Origin: an uncultured Acidobacteriaceae bacterium
GTDB lineage: Bacteria; Acidobacteriota; Terriglobia; Terriglobales; Acidobacteriaceae
Assembly: GCA_963800565.1 (NCBI GenBank)
Contig: CAWDBM010000008.1
Span: 308,111-372,110 of the forward strand
Direction of reading: 5' to 3'
Length of the DNA stretch: 64,000 nucleotides
Shown: positions 1-8,507 of the stretch, piece after piece
Layout of the letters: every line of letters starts with the position of its first letter
Position numbering within the stretch: position 1 is the stretch's first letter
The notes under the pieces: generated by a model
Told to the model about the DNA's origin: nothing
Seen by the model: only the letters and a program-made list of their open reading frames with translations
Databases searched by the model: none
Made by a program: the position numbers and the translations under genes

Positions 1-114
1 CTGACCCCGAACCAGACGGGCGTGCGCTACTTCTGCTCGTTCGCGGATGCTGTCGTGCGCTACAGCGCGGCTGCCATCGCGACCTGCGACACCACCGTCC
101 AACCATTGCAGTAA
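1..114 (+). CDS. pilA: type IV pilin paralogue, 3' fragment (5' end lies outside the window)
   Basis: Frame 1 is open from base 1 to TAA at 112-114. It translates LTPNQTGVRYFCSFADAVVRYSAAAIATCDTTVQPLQ, near-identical to the C-termini of the pilins at 454-930 and 1287-1763. Confidence 0.85.
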   Translation: MTPNQTGVRYFCSFADAVVRYSAAAIATCDTTVQPLQ

Positions 115-156
115 GTTTAGTTTGGCAAAGTACCTGGGGGAGGGTACCAGCCTTAA

Positions 157-190
157 AGAAGCAGAGGAGAAATCCTCTGCTTTTTTATTT
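157..190 (+). terminator. intrinsic terminator after pilin copy 1
   Basis: 8-bp stem gcagagga (161-168) / tcctctgc (173-180) with loop gaaa, followed by tttttt at 181-186. Confidence 0.8.
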
Positions 191-453
191 TTCTCTTCTT
201 TCACGCCCGCCGTCTGATGCGCGCCAACCACCGAGCGCCCGCTCCGTGTGGAATCTCCCGGCAAGCCAACAACGCACCTGGAAATTATCCCTTCTGCGAG
301 ATGGCCGGGATTGAAAAGCTATCGCGCTAAGAACTGTGCGCCGGTGGGCATCTTACTTTGGTCACTTAAGACTCCGCCTTCCACGGTCGATAGCTCAAGC
401 GAGTCAACCATTTCGACCGGGACCGCTCCAGCGGAGAAAAGGAACATTTTCAG

Positions 454-930
454 ATGCGGAAACAAAAGGGCTTCTCGCTTATCGAATTGCTGATTGTGGT
501 CGCGATTATTTTGATTATCGCCGCGATTGCCATCCCAAACCTGCTGCGCGCACGTATTGCAGCGAACGAATCGTCCGCAGTAGCATCCATTCGCACCGTT
601 AACACGGCGCAGATTTCCTACAACTCCGCCTATCCCACGGTCGGCTTCGCCGCCGGCCTGTCGAACCTGGCAGGCACCACCTGCGCGCCCCCGAGTTCGA
701 CCGGCGCCTGCTTGATCGATACGCAACTGGCCTCGGGAACCAAGAGCGGATACACGTTCTCGCTGGTGGGCTCGGGCGGCACTCCCGCCGGCTCCTATCA
801 ATCGATCGCAACGCCCCTGACGCCAAACCAGACGGGGGTACGGTACTTCTGCTCGTTTGAGGATGCTGTCGTACGCTACAGCGCGGCCGCCATCGCGACC
901 TGCGACACCACCGTTCTCCCCCTGCAGTAA
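454..930 (+). CDS. pilA: type IV (T4a-like) pilin, prepilin with N-terminal methylation motif
   Basis: MRKQKGFSLIELLIVVAIILIIAAIAIPNLL gives a short basic leader, G|FSLIE cleavage/methylation motif with Glu at +5, and a hydrophobic alpha1 helix. Four Cys lie in the C-terminal half. GGA-rich RBS upstream. Confidence 0.92.
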   Translation: MRKQKGFSLIELLIVVAIILIIAAIAIPNLLRARIAANESSAVASIRTVNTAQISYNSAYPTVGFAAGLSNLAGTTCAPPSSTGACLIDTQLASGTKSGYTFSLVGSGGTPAGSYQSIATPLTPNQTGVRYFCSFEDAVVRYSAAAIATCDTTVLPLQ

Positions 931-978
931 TTTTAGGTTTCGCAAAGTACCTGGGAAAAGCGGCAAACCTTTAGCGCA

Positions 979-1008
979 GCGGAGGGAGAGATCCCTCCGC
1001 TTCTGTCT
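979..1008 (+). terminator. intrinsic terminator after pilin copy 2
   Basis: 9-bp stem gcggaggga (979-987) / tccctccgc (992-1000) with loop gaga, then T-rich ttctgtctt. Confidence 0.7.
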
Positions 1009-1217
1009 TGCGTGTTCCACCGCGCTTCGTCTCCCGAATGACCGCATAGAACTAACGCATAGAGCTGACACGATTTGGCAGGACAAGCCAAGATCGATTT
1101 GTCAAAGTTTGTCACAACGGCATGCCCACACCCGCGAGCATAACCGACAGTCACCTCATTTCGCGAATAAACTCTTTGTTTGCAGGGGTATGCCTATCTG
1201 TGGGCACGCATGGGTAC

Positions 1218-1233
1218 TGGCTCTTCGAATGCA
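1218..1233 (+). promoter_or_regulatory. candidate sigma-54 (-24/-12) promoter for pilin copy 3
   Basis: TGGCTCTTCGAATGCA has GG at 1219-1220 and GC at 1231-1232 (12-nt register of the TGGCAC-N5-TTGCA consensus). It is intergenic, about 54 nt upstream of ATG 1287. Confidence 0.5.
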
Positions 1234-1286
1234 ATTGAGGGTTCTACTGCTATTTATCTCGGATGTTGAAAGGCGAAAAGGGAGAA

Positions 1287-1763
1287 ATGAAAAAGCAAAA
1301 GGGTTTTTCATTAATCGAGTTGTTAATTGTGGTGGCGATCATCCTGATCATTGCCGCGATCGCGATTCCGAATCTGTTGCGGGCGCGGATCGCGGCCAAC
1401 GAATCATCCGCCGTGGCATCGCTTCGTACCCTGAATACTGCGCAGATCTCTTACAACTCGGGTTACCCGACAGTAGGCTTTGCGGCCGGCCTTTCGAACT
1501 TGGCGGGCACCAGTTGTTCACCGCCCAGCTCCACCGGCGCTTGCCTGATCGATACCCAGTTGGCATCGGGCACCAAGAGCGGATACGCGTTCTCGATGGT
1601 CGGTTCCGGAGGCACGCCCGCTTCGACGTATACCGCGATCGCTTCGCCGCTAACTCCGAACCAGACCGGCGTTCGCTACTTCTGTTCCTTCGCGGACGCA
1701 GTGGTCCGATACAGCGCCACAGCAATCGCCACCTGTACCACCGCTGTGTTGCCATTGCAATAG
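1287..1763 (+). CDS. pilA: type IV pilin paralogue
   Basis: MKKQKGFSLIELLIVVAIILIIAAIAIPNLL. ATG 1287 is preceded by gggaga; the upstream ATG 1263 in the ORF track would add a non-pilin extension. About 85-90% identical by eye to the 454-930 product. Confidence 0.92.
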   Translation: MKKQKGFSLIELLIVVAIILIIAAIAIPNLLRARIAANESSAVASLRTLNTAQISYNSGYPTVGFAAGLSNLAGTSCSPPSSTGACLIDTQLASGTKSGYAFSMVGSGGTPASTYTAIASPLTPNQTGVRYFCSFADAVVRYSATAIATCTTAVLPLQ

Positions 1764-1822
1764 GATCTGATCTTTCCGGGTAAGCAATTTAACAGAGGAC
1801 ATTCGAGACCGGCCGCAAGAAA

Positions 1823-1849
1823 GCAGAGGACAGTCCTCTGCCTCTTTTT
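1823..1849 (+). terminator. intrinsic terminator after pilin copy 3
   Basis: Stem gcagagga (1823-1830) / tcctctgc (1834-1841), then ctcttttt. Confidence 0.75.
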
Positions 1850-2022
1850 GGCGGGGACTTGCTGGTTCGCGCACAGTCATCCACGCCAGACCTCAGCAAG
1901 TCGAGTGACACAAAATGTCAACTCTCCGAGCAAAGGCCTGGCGAAAACCGGTGGCGCTGGAAATGTCTGGTGAATTCTATTGCATTTTCAAAGAGATGCA
2001 TTTTCGCGATCTTAAGAAAGTC

Positions 2023-2038
2023 CGGCACGAGAAATGCA
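2023..2038 (+). promoter_or_regulatory. candidate sigma-54 promoter for pilin copy 4
   Basis: CGGCACGAGAAATGCA has a perfect GGCACG -24 element (GG 2024-2025) and a TGCA -12 element (GC 2036-2037) at correct spacing. About 87 nt upstream of ATG 2125. Confidence 0.55.
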
Positions 2039-2124
2039 ACAGTTGTCTGGGGATTGCTTGGACGTGCTCTCCGGGACCGTCAATGGGGAGCACCCAAAGG
2101 ATGATCGAGCAACTAGGAGACGCG

Positions 2125-2601
2125 ATGCGCAGCAGCAAGGGGTTTTCGCTTATCGAACTGTTAATCGTTGTAGCTATCATCCTGATCATTGCGGCGATTG
2201 CGGTCCCAAGCTTTCTGCGCTCGCGCATTGTCGCCGCGGAATCATCGGCCGTAGCGTCGGTCCGCACCCTGAACACCGCACAGATTTCCTACAACTCGGC
2301 GTATCCAACCGTAGGGTACGCGTCGACCTTGGGGGCTCTCGGTGGCACCAGTTGCACTCCGCCAAATTCAGCGGGCGCCTGCCTGATTGATTCGGTCCTG
2401 GCCGCCGGTCAAAAGAATGGCTACCTCTTCGCGGTCGCGAATGTAACCGGCACGCCGAACGCGACCTATAACGTCATCGCTAGTCCGGTCGTATGGGACT
2501 ATTCGGGAATGCGCTATTTCTGTTCTTACGAAGACGCCGTGGTGCGAGCTAGCGTGACGGTGATCACAGTTTGCGATAACACCGTCGCGCCGCAAAATTA
2601 G
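2125..2601 (+). CDS. pilA: type IV pilin paralogue (most divergent copy)
   Basis: MRSSKGFSLIELLIVVAIILIIAAIAVPSFL. ATG 2125 is preceded by aggaga at 2115-2120. The longer ORF from 1915 has no pilin-like N-terminus. The four Cys are conserved but the variable region differs. Confidence 0.9.
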   Translation: MRSSKGFSLIELLIVVAIILIIAAIAVPSFLRSRIVAAESSAVASVRTLNTAQISYNSAYPTVGYASTLGALGGTSCTPPNSAGACLIDSVLAAGQKNGYLFAVANVTGTPNATYNVIASPVVWDYSGMRYFCSYEDAVVRASVTVITVCDNTVAPQN

Positions 2602-2846
2602 ACGAATAGGCGCTTCCCCTGTCCGCTGTCGATTCTCAATAAAGGCGCTGGTCGAGATCCCGCTTTACCTTGGTAACCTGCCTGCGTCGCTTGACGCTCT
2701 TCAAGGTTCACGCATTGCCTATAATCTCTTCATTAGAACTAGAACGAATCAGAGAGTTGGAATCGAAGAACTAGACGCCGAATTCCACGATTCGATTTAA
2801 CTCCACGCAAACTCCGTTTAAGGAGCTGGGCAGTTCGCGCATCGTC

Positions 2847-3830
2847 ATGGCAGCGATTGAGATTCTCGATCTCGAAAAAAGTTATCTGGTTGGATTCTGG
2901 CGCAAGCGCCCGAAGCTTGCGCTACGCCCCCTGCGCCTCACGGTCGAAGAGGGCGAGGTTTTCGGCTTTTTAGGTCCCAACGGCGCGGGCAAGACCACGA
3001 CTCTCAAATTGCTGATGGGATTGGTATTCCCCACGGCGGGCACGGCGCGCATTCTGGGGAAACCCTTGGATGATCCAGCGGTGAAATCGCAGATTGGATT
3101 TCTGCCGGAACAGCCTTATTTCTACGATCACCTTACCGCACGCGAATTGCTCAACTATTATGGGCAGCTCTCTGGAGTTCCGGCGAAAGGTCGCTCGGCG
3201 CGCGTGGAGCAGATGCTGGAGCGAGTGGGATTAAGCGATTCGGCCGGCGTGCAGTTGCGAAAGTTCTCCAAGGGCATGTTGCAGCGGGTGGGGCTGGCGC
3301 AGGCGATTCTGCATGGTCCGAAGCTGGTGTTTTTAGATGAACCGATGTCGGGGCTTGACCCGATGGGTCGCCGCGAGGTGCGGGATCTCATCCAGCAACT
3401 GCGCTCGGAAGGCAAGACAGTGTTCTTTTCGACCCACATTCTGTCGGACGCCGAGGCGCTTTGCGACCGCGTGGCCGTGATCCACCAGGGTGAGTTGCGC
3501 GGCGTCGGAGCAGTCGCGGATTTGACCTCGGGAACGCAAGGCAAAATCGAGATTATTTTTTGTGCTTCCGTGGTGCCGCCGGGCTTGATCAGGCTCGGTG
3601 CCGTGGCCAGGATCAGCGGCGACATGGTCAATGCCGTGTTGCCAGAGCAACAGCAGGATGCGGCACTCGAACTTTTACGGCGCGAACGCCTCAGGCTGAT
3701 TTCGCTGGCGCCGGTGCGCAACTCGCTGGAGGAATATTACATTCAGAAATTGGAGCCGACCGGCGTCGAGAAAGAGGCATCGAAACTGGAAGCGCTGATG
3801 GAAGAAAGCCGGAAAGGAGTCGGCGTGTGA
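2847..3830 (+). CDS. ABC transporter ATP-binding protein
   Basis: Walker A GPNGAGKTT, signature-like FSKGMLQR, Walker B LVFLDEP and H-loop STHIL. Confidence 0.92.
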   Translation: MAAIEILDLEKSYLVGFWRKRPKLALRPLRLTVEEGEVFGFLGPNGAGKTTTLKLLMGLVFPTAGTARILGKPLDDPAVKSQIGFLPEQPYFYDHLTARELLNYYGQLSGVPAKGRSARVEQMLERVGLSDSAGVQLRKFSKGMLQRVGLAQAILHGPKLVFLDEPMSGLDPMGRREVRDLIQQLRSEGKTVFFSTHILSDAEALCDRVAVIHQGELRGVGAVADLTSGTQGKIEIIFCASVVPPGLIRLGAVARISGDMVNAVLPEQQQDAALELLRRERLRLISLAPVRNSLEEYYIQKLEPTGVEKEASKLEALMEESRKGVGV

Positions 3831-4603
3831 ACTCGCGCGTCGGTCATATCGCCTTCAACACTTTTCGTGAGGCAGTGCGCGACCGGGTTCTTTATAACCT
3901 GATCGCTTTTGCTCTGCTGCTCTCGGGCGCGGCGATTCTGGTGGGAGAAATCTCCATCGACATTGAGCGCCTGGTGGTGGTGAACCTGGGGCTGACGGCG
4001 GTCTCGCTCTTCGGAGTGGTCATTGCCATCTTCATAGGGATTGGTCTGGTCTCGAAAGAGATCGAGAAACGCACGCTTTACACAGTGTTGTCGCGGCCGG
4101 TAGCGCGCTGGGAATTCGTTGTCGGGAAGTTCTTCGGATTGACCGGAACGCTGGTCGTCAATACTTTGTGCATGGCGCTGGGCGTGTTTCTGGCTCTGCT
4201 TTACGTGGCGCATAAGTTCGAGAAACTGGACGAGTGGGTGCTCGTCGCCCTCTACTTCATCGTGCTTGAGTTTCTCATCGTGTGCGCGCTGGCGTTGTTT
4301 TTCTCGTCGTTTTCGACGCCGTTGATGTCGGCGGTATTCACCTTTGCGCTGTTCGTGATTGGGAGCCTGGCGGAAGATCTGCGCGGATTTGCCCGGATCA
4401 CGCATGGACTGGGCGGTCGGCTGGCGACGGGCATTGCTTATCTGGTGCCCAATTTTTCCGCATTGAACGTGATCAGCCAGGTGGCGCACGGCGACCCCGT
4501 GCCAGGACGCCTGATTCTCTATAACACCGCGTACGCCCTGCTGTATTCGGCGATGGCCATCTCGGGAGCGGTGCTGATCTTTCAGCGCCGGAACCTGAAA
4601 TGA
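3827..4603 (+). CDS. ABC-2 type transporter permease
   Basis: GTG 3827 overlaps the ATPase stop (GTGTGA) and follows ggaaaggag. The product is polytopic and hydrophobic (about 6 TM). The 5' part of ORF 3560-4603 lies inside the ATPase gene. Confidence 0.8.
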   Translation: MNSRVGHIAFNTFREAVRDRVLYNLIAFALLLSGAAILVGEISIDIERLVVVNLGLTAVSLFGVVIAIFIGIGLVSKEIEKRTLYTVLSRPVARWEFVVGKFFGLTGTLVVNTLCMALGVFLALLYVAHKFEKLDEWVLVALYFIVLEFLIVCALALFFSSFSTPLMSAVFTFALFVIGSLAEDLRGFARITHGLGGRLATGIAYLVPNFSALNVISQVAHGDPVPGRLILYNTAYALLYSAMAISGAVLIFQRRNLK

Positions 4604-5532
4604 AAAGGAGTGCAACGGGGCGCGTCAATCTGGTGGCGCTCACTGTTCTTCTCTTCTCTCTGGCCGGCGCCATGGCTACGCTCTACGCCATGGACCGTAC
4701 GCGGTGCGAACCGCGGGCCGAAGACGAGCTTTATATCAGCTCCCCCAGAGTGCTGCGGCGGATGAGCCTGGGTTACACCGGCCTGCTTGCCGATATTTAT
4801 TGGACGCGCGCGGTGCAGTATTTCGGCGAACAACATCATGGAGACTCCGGCGATTTTCGCCTGCTGGCGCCGCTGCTCGAAGTGACGACTGCGCTGGATC
4901 CGAAGCTTTTGCCTGCCTACGAGTTTGGAGCCAACTTTCTAGCGCCGAAACCGCCGAGCGGCGCGGGTTTGCCCGGCGCGGCGCTCTCGCTGACGAAATA
5001 CGGGATCGCGCATAACCCGGATCAGTGGCGGCTCTACTACAACCTCGGATTCCTCTACTACACCGAATTCAAGGATTACGCCAAAGCGGCGGAGGCGTTC
5101 AAGCAAGGCGCGGCTTTGCCCGTGACCAACGAATTCATGCCGATTCTTGCGGCACGAATGGCGCAACATGCGGGAGAGTTCGACACCGCGCGATTATTGT
5201 GGGTCACGACTTATCAGGGCACCAAACATGGGAGCATACGGCAGAATGCCGCTGAACATCTGCTCGCTCTGCAAGTCGATGAGGAAGTCACGCAGCTAGA
5301 GCATGTCGTCGAACGCTATCGCCAACAGACAAGACGGCTCCCCGAGAACATGGGTGATCTGGAGCGCGCGGGATTCATTCGTGGAACACCAGCCGATCCA
5401 AAGGGAAATCCTTACCAATTGATGCCCGATGGCCGGATCGAAGTGCAGAACCCGAAGATCCTCTACTTCATCACGAAAGGCCTTCCACCCGGAGCGTCGC
5501 CTCCGCAGCCACCCCGGGAGGGCAGCAATTAG
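4600..5532 (+). CDS. membrane-anchored hypothetical protein with TPR-like helical repeats
   Basis: ATGA overlap with the permease stop. N-terminal TM LVALTVLLFSLAGAMATLYA, then helical repeat-like sequence (YYNLGFLYYTEFKDYAKAAEAFKQG). Confidence 0.7.
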   Translation: MKRSATGRVNLVALTVLLFSLAGAMATLYAMDRTRCEPRAEDELYISSPRVLRRMSLGYTGLLADIYWTRAVQYFGEQHHGDSGDFRLLAPLLEVTTALDPKLLPAYEFGANFLAPKPPSGAGLPGAALSLTKYGIAHNPDQWRLYYNLGFLYYTEFKDYAKAAEAFKQGAALPVTNEFMPILAARMAQHAGEFDTARLLWVTTYQGTKHGSIRQNAAEHLLALQVDEEVTQLEHVVERYRQQTRRLPENMGDLERAGFIRGTPADPKGNPYQLMPDGRIEVQNPKILYFITKGLPPGASPPQPPREGSN

Positions 5533-5640
5533 CAATTAGCATCCAGTATCTAGCTTTCGTTTCAAAATATTGCTGATCATCGTTTCGCTAATTGCTAAGT
5601 GCTAATTGCTAAATGCTAAGTGCTAAATCGGTAAATGCTA
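5524..5640. repeat. intergenic tandem-oligomer inverted repeat (gcaattag / gctaattg units)
   Basis: Left arm agcaattagcaattagca (5524-5541). Right arm cgctaattgctaagtgctaattgctaaatgctaagtgctaaatcggtaaatgctaagc (5586-5640) holds reverse-complement units repeated 6-7 times. Confidence 0.8.
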
Positions 5641-6291
5641 AGCGCTGACCTCTTCCGCAATCTCTGGAATTTCCTGCGCGAATCTACACCCTCACGCCGG
5701 CGCCGACGCTATGGCGACATGGAGTACGACTGGGAGCATCGCGTCAATACCACAAGCGGCACGGTAGGCTGGCGAGCCCGGCTCCTGGGAGCCTTTCACT
5801 CCCCCTATCAACCGACGGAGCCGGCTTTATTTCACGAGATGATGGCGAGCCTGCCGATCGCCTTCGATCAAGTCACCTTCATCGATATCGGATCGGGCAA
5901 AGGCCGAACGCTGCTGATGGCGTCGGAATATCCTTTCAGAAAAATTGTGGGCGTGGAGTTGATTCGCGACCTGCATCGCGCGACCGAGGAGAACATACGC
6001 GCCTACAAGTCCGCAACGCAGCGCTGCACGCAGATCGAGGCGGTGTGCGCGGATGCATGTGACTTCCCTTTTCCCGTCGAGCCGCTGGTGCTCTATCTAT
6101 TCAATCCGCTGCCGGAGGCGGGTTTGAAACGCCTGGTTGCCAATCTCGAAAAAAGTTTGGCGGAGAATCCGCGCGCATTGTATGTGCTCTATCACAACCC
6201 GCTGCTGGAGCGGGCGATCGCGGAGCGGTCAACTTTTAAAAAAGTTGGCGGGACGGAGCAATATTCGATTTATCTCTGGGGACAGGACTGA
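5635..6291 (+). CDS. class I SAM-dependent methyltransferase
   Basis: Motif I FIDIGSGKGRTLL, then VGVEL and an acidic post-I region. Start is uncertain: ATG 5635 sits inside the repeat arm and ATG 5719 is the alternative. Confidence 0.75.
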   Translation: MLSADLFRNLWNFLRESTPSRRRRRYGDMEYDWEHRVNTTSGTVGWRARLLGAFHSPYQPTEPALFHEMMASLPIAFDQVTFIDIGSGKGRTLLMASEYPFRKIVGVELIRDLHRATEENIRAYKSATQRCTQIEAVCADACDFPFPVEPLVLYLFNPLPEAGLKRLVANLEKSLAENPRALYVLYHNPLLERAIAERSTFKKVGGTEQYSIYLWGQD

Positions 6292-6462
6292 GTAGCTCTC
6301 TTGTAATGTCGTCGAACTAGCGGGACTCGGCGACCGGCAGCGACGACGCTTTTCCCGGGTATAGGCGATCAAATTCCGGGTCGTCATGAAGAGTCACGAG
6401 GTCTGGGTCGCGGCGAGCCCTCCACTTCCGCGCTTCCCATTCCGCATCTAGAATAGAGAGGC

Positions 6463-7137
6463 GTGTCGCGAAACAATCATCTGCTGGTTTCGGCATTATG
6501 GGTTGGAGTCTTGTGTTGTTTGCTTCCCGTGAAATCTCAGGCGCAGGATATCCATCAGCTCGCGCAGGCGGTCGACAACCACTACAACCATCTGCGCAGT
6601 CTGCAATCGGACTTTACCGAGATCTATCGCGGCGAAGGGCCGGAGCGGGTGGAGTCGGGGACCCTGTGGTTGAAAAAGCCGCGCAAGATGCGCTGGGAGT
6701 ATCGTTCTCCAAAAGAGAAGCTGTTTATCAGCGACGGCGGAGTTGTGTGGTTTTATATGCCGGAGGAACGGCAGGTCAGAAAGACGACTCTCAAGAAACT
6801 GGATGACCTGCGATCGCCGCTGGCCTTCTTGCTCGGAAAAACGAAACTGGAGAAGGAATTGACCGGGCTTTCGAAGGTGGTGGACGGCGCTCCCTTGGAC
6901 GCGCGGAACACGCTGCTGCGGGGGGTTCCACAGGGTATGGCGGGCCAAGTGAGCGAGGTGCAGTTGGAGATCACGCCGTCTGACCAGATTATCCGCATCG
7001 TATTAATGGATGCGGACGGGGCGGAGACCGAGTTTCGCTTTGCCGGCTGGAAAGAGAATGTGGATATGAGTGACAGCCGGTTTCAGTTCACACCTCCGGC
7101 GGGAATTGAGACGGTTGAAGGGGAGCTGGGGCCGTAG
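6463..7137 (+). CDS. lolA: LolA-like outer-membrane lipoprotein carrier protein
   Basis: GTG start, signal peptide LLVSALWVGVLCCLLPVKSQA, then the typical LolA pattern FTEIYRGEG..ESGTLWLKKPRKMRWEY...LFISDGGVVWFYMPEERQV. Confidence 0.8.
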   Translation: MSRNNHLLVSALWVGVLCCLLPVKSQAQDIHQLAQAVDNHYNHLRSLQSDFTEIYRGEGPERVESGTLWLKKPRKMRWEYRSPKEKLFISDGGVVWFYMPEERQVRKTTLKKLDDLRSPLAFLLGKTKLEKELTGLSKVVDGAPLDARNTLLRGVPQGMAGQVSEVQLEITPSDQIIRIVLMDADGAETEFRFAGWKENVDMSDSRFQFTPPAGIETVEGELGP

Positions 7138-7290
7138 AAAATCGGGTGATCGAGAGTCAAACCCGACCCCCGGTTACTTGCGTACTAAACGCACGGACAA
7201 GTTGCAGTAAGCGCTTTGGGCACAGAATGTTACACTTCGTTTAACGTAGTTCCGGCTTACGCCCCCGAGCCCGGAAACAGGCACAGCATC

Positions 7291-8502
7291 ATGGCAGAAT
7301 TCCTGGTCAAAGTCGCCGACGAACAGGGCCATCTGCGGCAGCAGGTGGAGCATGGCTATTCCGAGGCCGAGGTGCACGACCGCTTCGCCCAGCAGGGCTA
7401 CCTGGTGTATTGGGTCAAGCCGCGGACATTGCTGAGCGCTCGCGGAGGGCAGTTTGGGCAGCGCAGCGGAAAGCTGCGGCAGTCCACATTCCTGATTTTC
7501 AACCAGCAGTTTCTGACCCTGATCAAAGCCGGTCTGCCGATCCTGACGGCGCTCGATCTTCTGATCAAGCGGCAACGCGATAAATCTCTGCTGCGGCTGC
7601 TGGAGAATGTTCGCGAGCGGGTAAAGGGCGGCGAGTTGCTCTCCGACGCCTTCGCCGCGCAGCAGGTCTTTCCAAAGATGTACACGACCACGCTGCTGGC
7701 GGGCGAAAAGAGCGGCAACATGGAAGAGGTACTCAGCCGCTACATCACCTATCAGCGGATGGTGCAGACCTTCCGCAAGAAGCTGCTGGTTTCGCTCGTG
7801 TATCCGGCACTGCTGGTTTCGATGGTGACGATCATGCTGGTTTTTCTGATCACCTTCGTGGTGCCGAAGTTTGCCGACCTGTTCAATAACCTGGGAGCGA
7901 CATTGCCGGCGATCACCGTCTTCATGCTGACGATCGGCGTGAACGCGCAGAAGTACGGATGGATTGTAGCGCTGGTTTTGATCGTTGGCGGCTTTCTGCT
8001 GTGGCGCTGGAAGCAAAGTGACAAGGGCGCCGAACGCATCGATCACTTTCTGCTGGGTCTGCCGCTGATCGGCGAGATTCGCCTGAAGTACCAAGTGGCA
8101 AATTTTTCGCGCATTTTGGGCACGCTCCTGCAAGGCGGCTTGCCCTTGGTGCCTGCGATGGAGACGGCTGCCGAATCGTTGAGCAGTCGCCAGATGTTGA
8201 ATGGGGTCAACGCCGCAGCCGAGCGGGTGAAAGAAGGTCAAAGCCTGGCGCACGCGCTGGAGACGCAGAAGCTCTTCCCCGATCTGGCGGTCGAGATGTT
8301 GGAGGTTGGCGAATCGACGGGTGCCTTGCCGGCAATGCTGGCGTCGGTGGCCGAGTTCTACGAAGAGGACGTCCAGACCGCGCTGGGCGCGGCGATGGCA
8401 CTGATTGAGCCGTTGATTCTAGTGGTGATGGCGGTGTTTGTGGGCGGGATATTGATTTCGCTTTATATGCCGATCTTTACTTTGGGAGCAAATGTGCATT
8501 AG
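7291..8502 (+). CDS. pilC: type IV pilus assembly platform protein PilC (GspF family)
   Basis: Two GspF-type repeats (FNQQFLTLIKAGLPILTAL... and ANFSRILGTLLQGGLPLVPAM...) and three TM segments. ATG 7291 (MAEFLVKV) is preferred over the upstream ORF start 7216. Confidence 0.9.
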   Translation: MAEFLVKVADEQGHLRQQVEHGYSEAEVHDRFAQQGYLVYWVKPRTLLSARGGQFGQRSGKLRQSTFLIFNQQFLTLIKAGLPILTALDLLIKRQRDKSLLRLLENVRERVKGGELLSDAFAAQQVFPKMYTTTLLAGEKSGNMEEVLSRYITYQRMVQTFRKKLLVSLVYPALLVSMVTIMLVFLITFVVPKFADLFNNLGATLPAITVFMLTIGVNAQKYGWIVALVLIVGGFLLWRWKQSDKGAERIDHFLLGLPLIGEIRLKYQVANFSRILGTLLQGGLPLVPAMETAAESLSSRQMLNGVNAAAERVKEGQSLAHALETQKLFPDLAVEMLEVGESTGALPAMLASVAEFYEEDVQTALGAAMALIEPLILVVMAVFVGGILISLYMPIFTLGANVH

Positions 8503-8507
8503 GAGCA

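Noticed and set aside
345-361. tgggcatcttactttgg upstream of pilin copy 2 as a sigma-54 promoter.
   Set aside because: The -24-like GGCAT is present, but the -12 position reads TTTG instead of TTGC (register off by one). It may be a decayed promoter and is not called.
319-1783. ORFs 319-1086 (minus, 255 aa) and 857-1783 (plus, 308 aa) spanning the pilin repeats.
   Set aside because: They run across terminator hairpins and intergenic DNA in off-frames of well-supported pilin genes. Composition is Arg-rich and not protein-like.
2691-2725. TTGACG ... TATAAT pair upstream of the ABC operon as a sigma-70 promoter.
   Set aside because: The spacer is 23 nt (2697-2719), far from the 16-18 nt optimum, so it is not reported as a promoter.
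3560-3826. 5' extension of the permease ORF (ORF-track start 3560).
   Set aside because: It lies wholly inside the ABC ATPase gene in another frame. GTG 3827, with an upstream ggaaaggag and overlap of the ATPase stop, is the sensible start.
7174-8253. 359-aa ORF antisense to pilC. Similar long antisense ORFs occur at 9746-10834 (opposite pilB/pilM), 8984-9703, 13211-14179, 23999-24934, 27724-28383, 29356-30048, 30773-31612, 38930-39646, 44125-45054 and 62889-region frames.
   Set aside because: Shadow ORFs are typical of GC-rich DNA. The products are Arg/Gln/His-rich with no motifs, and the opposite strand carries confidently recognised genes.
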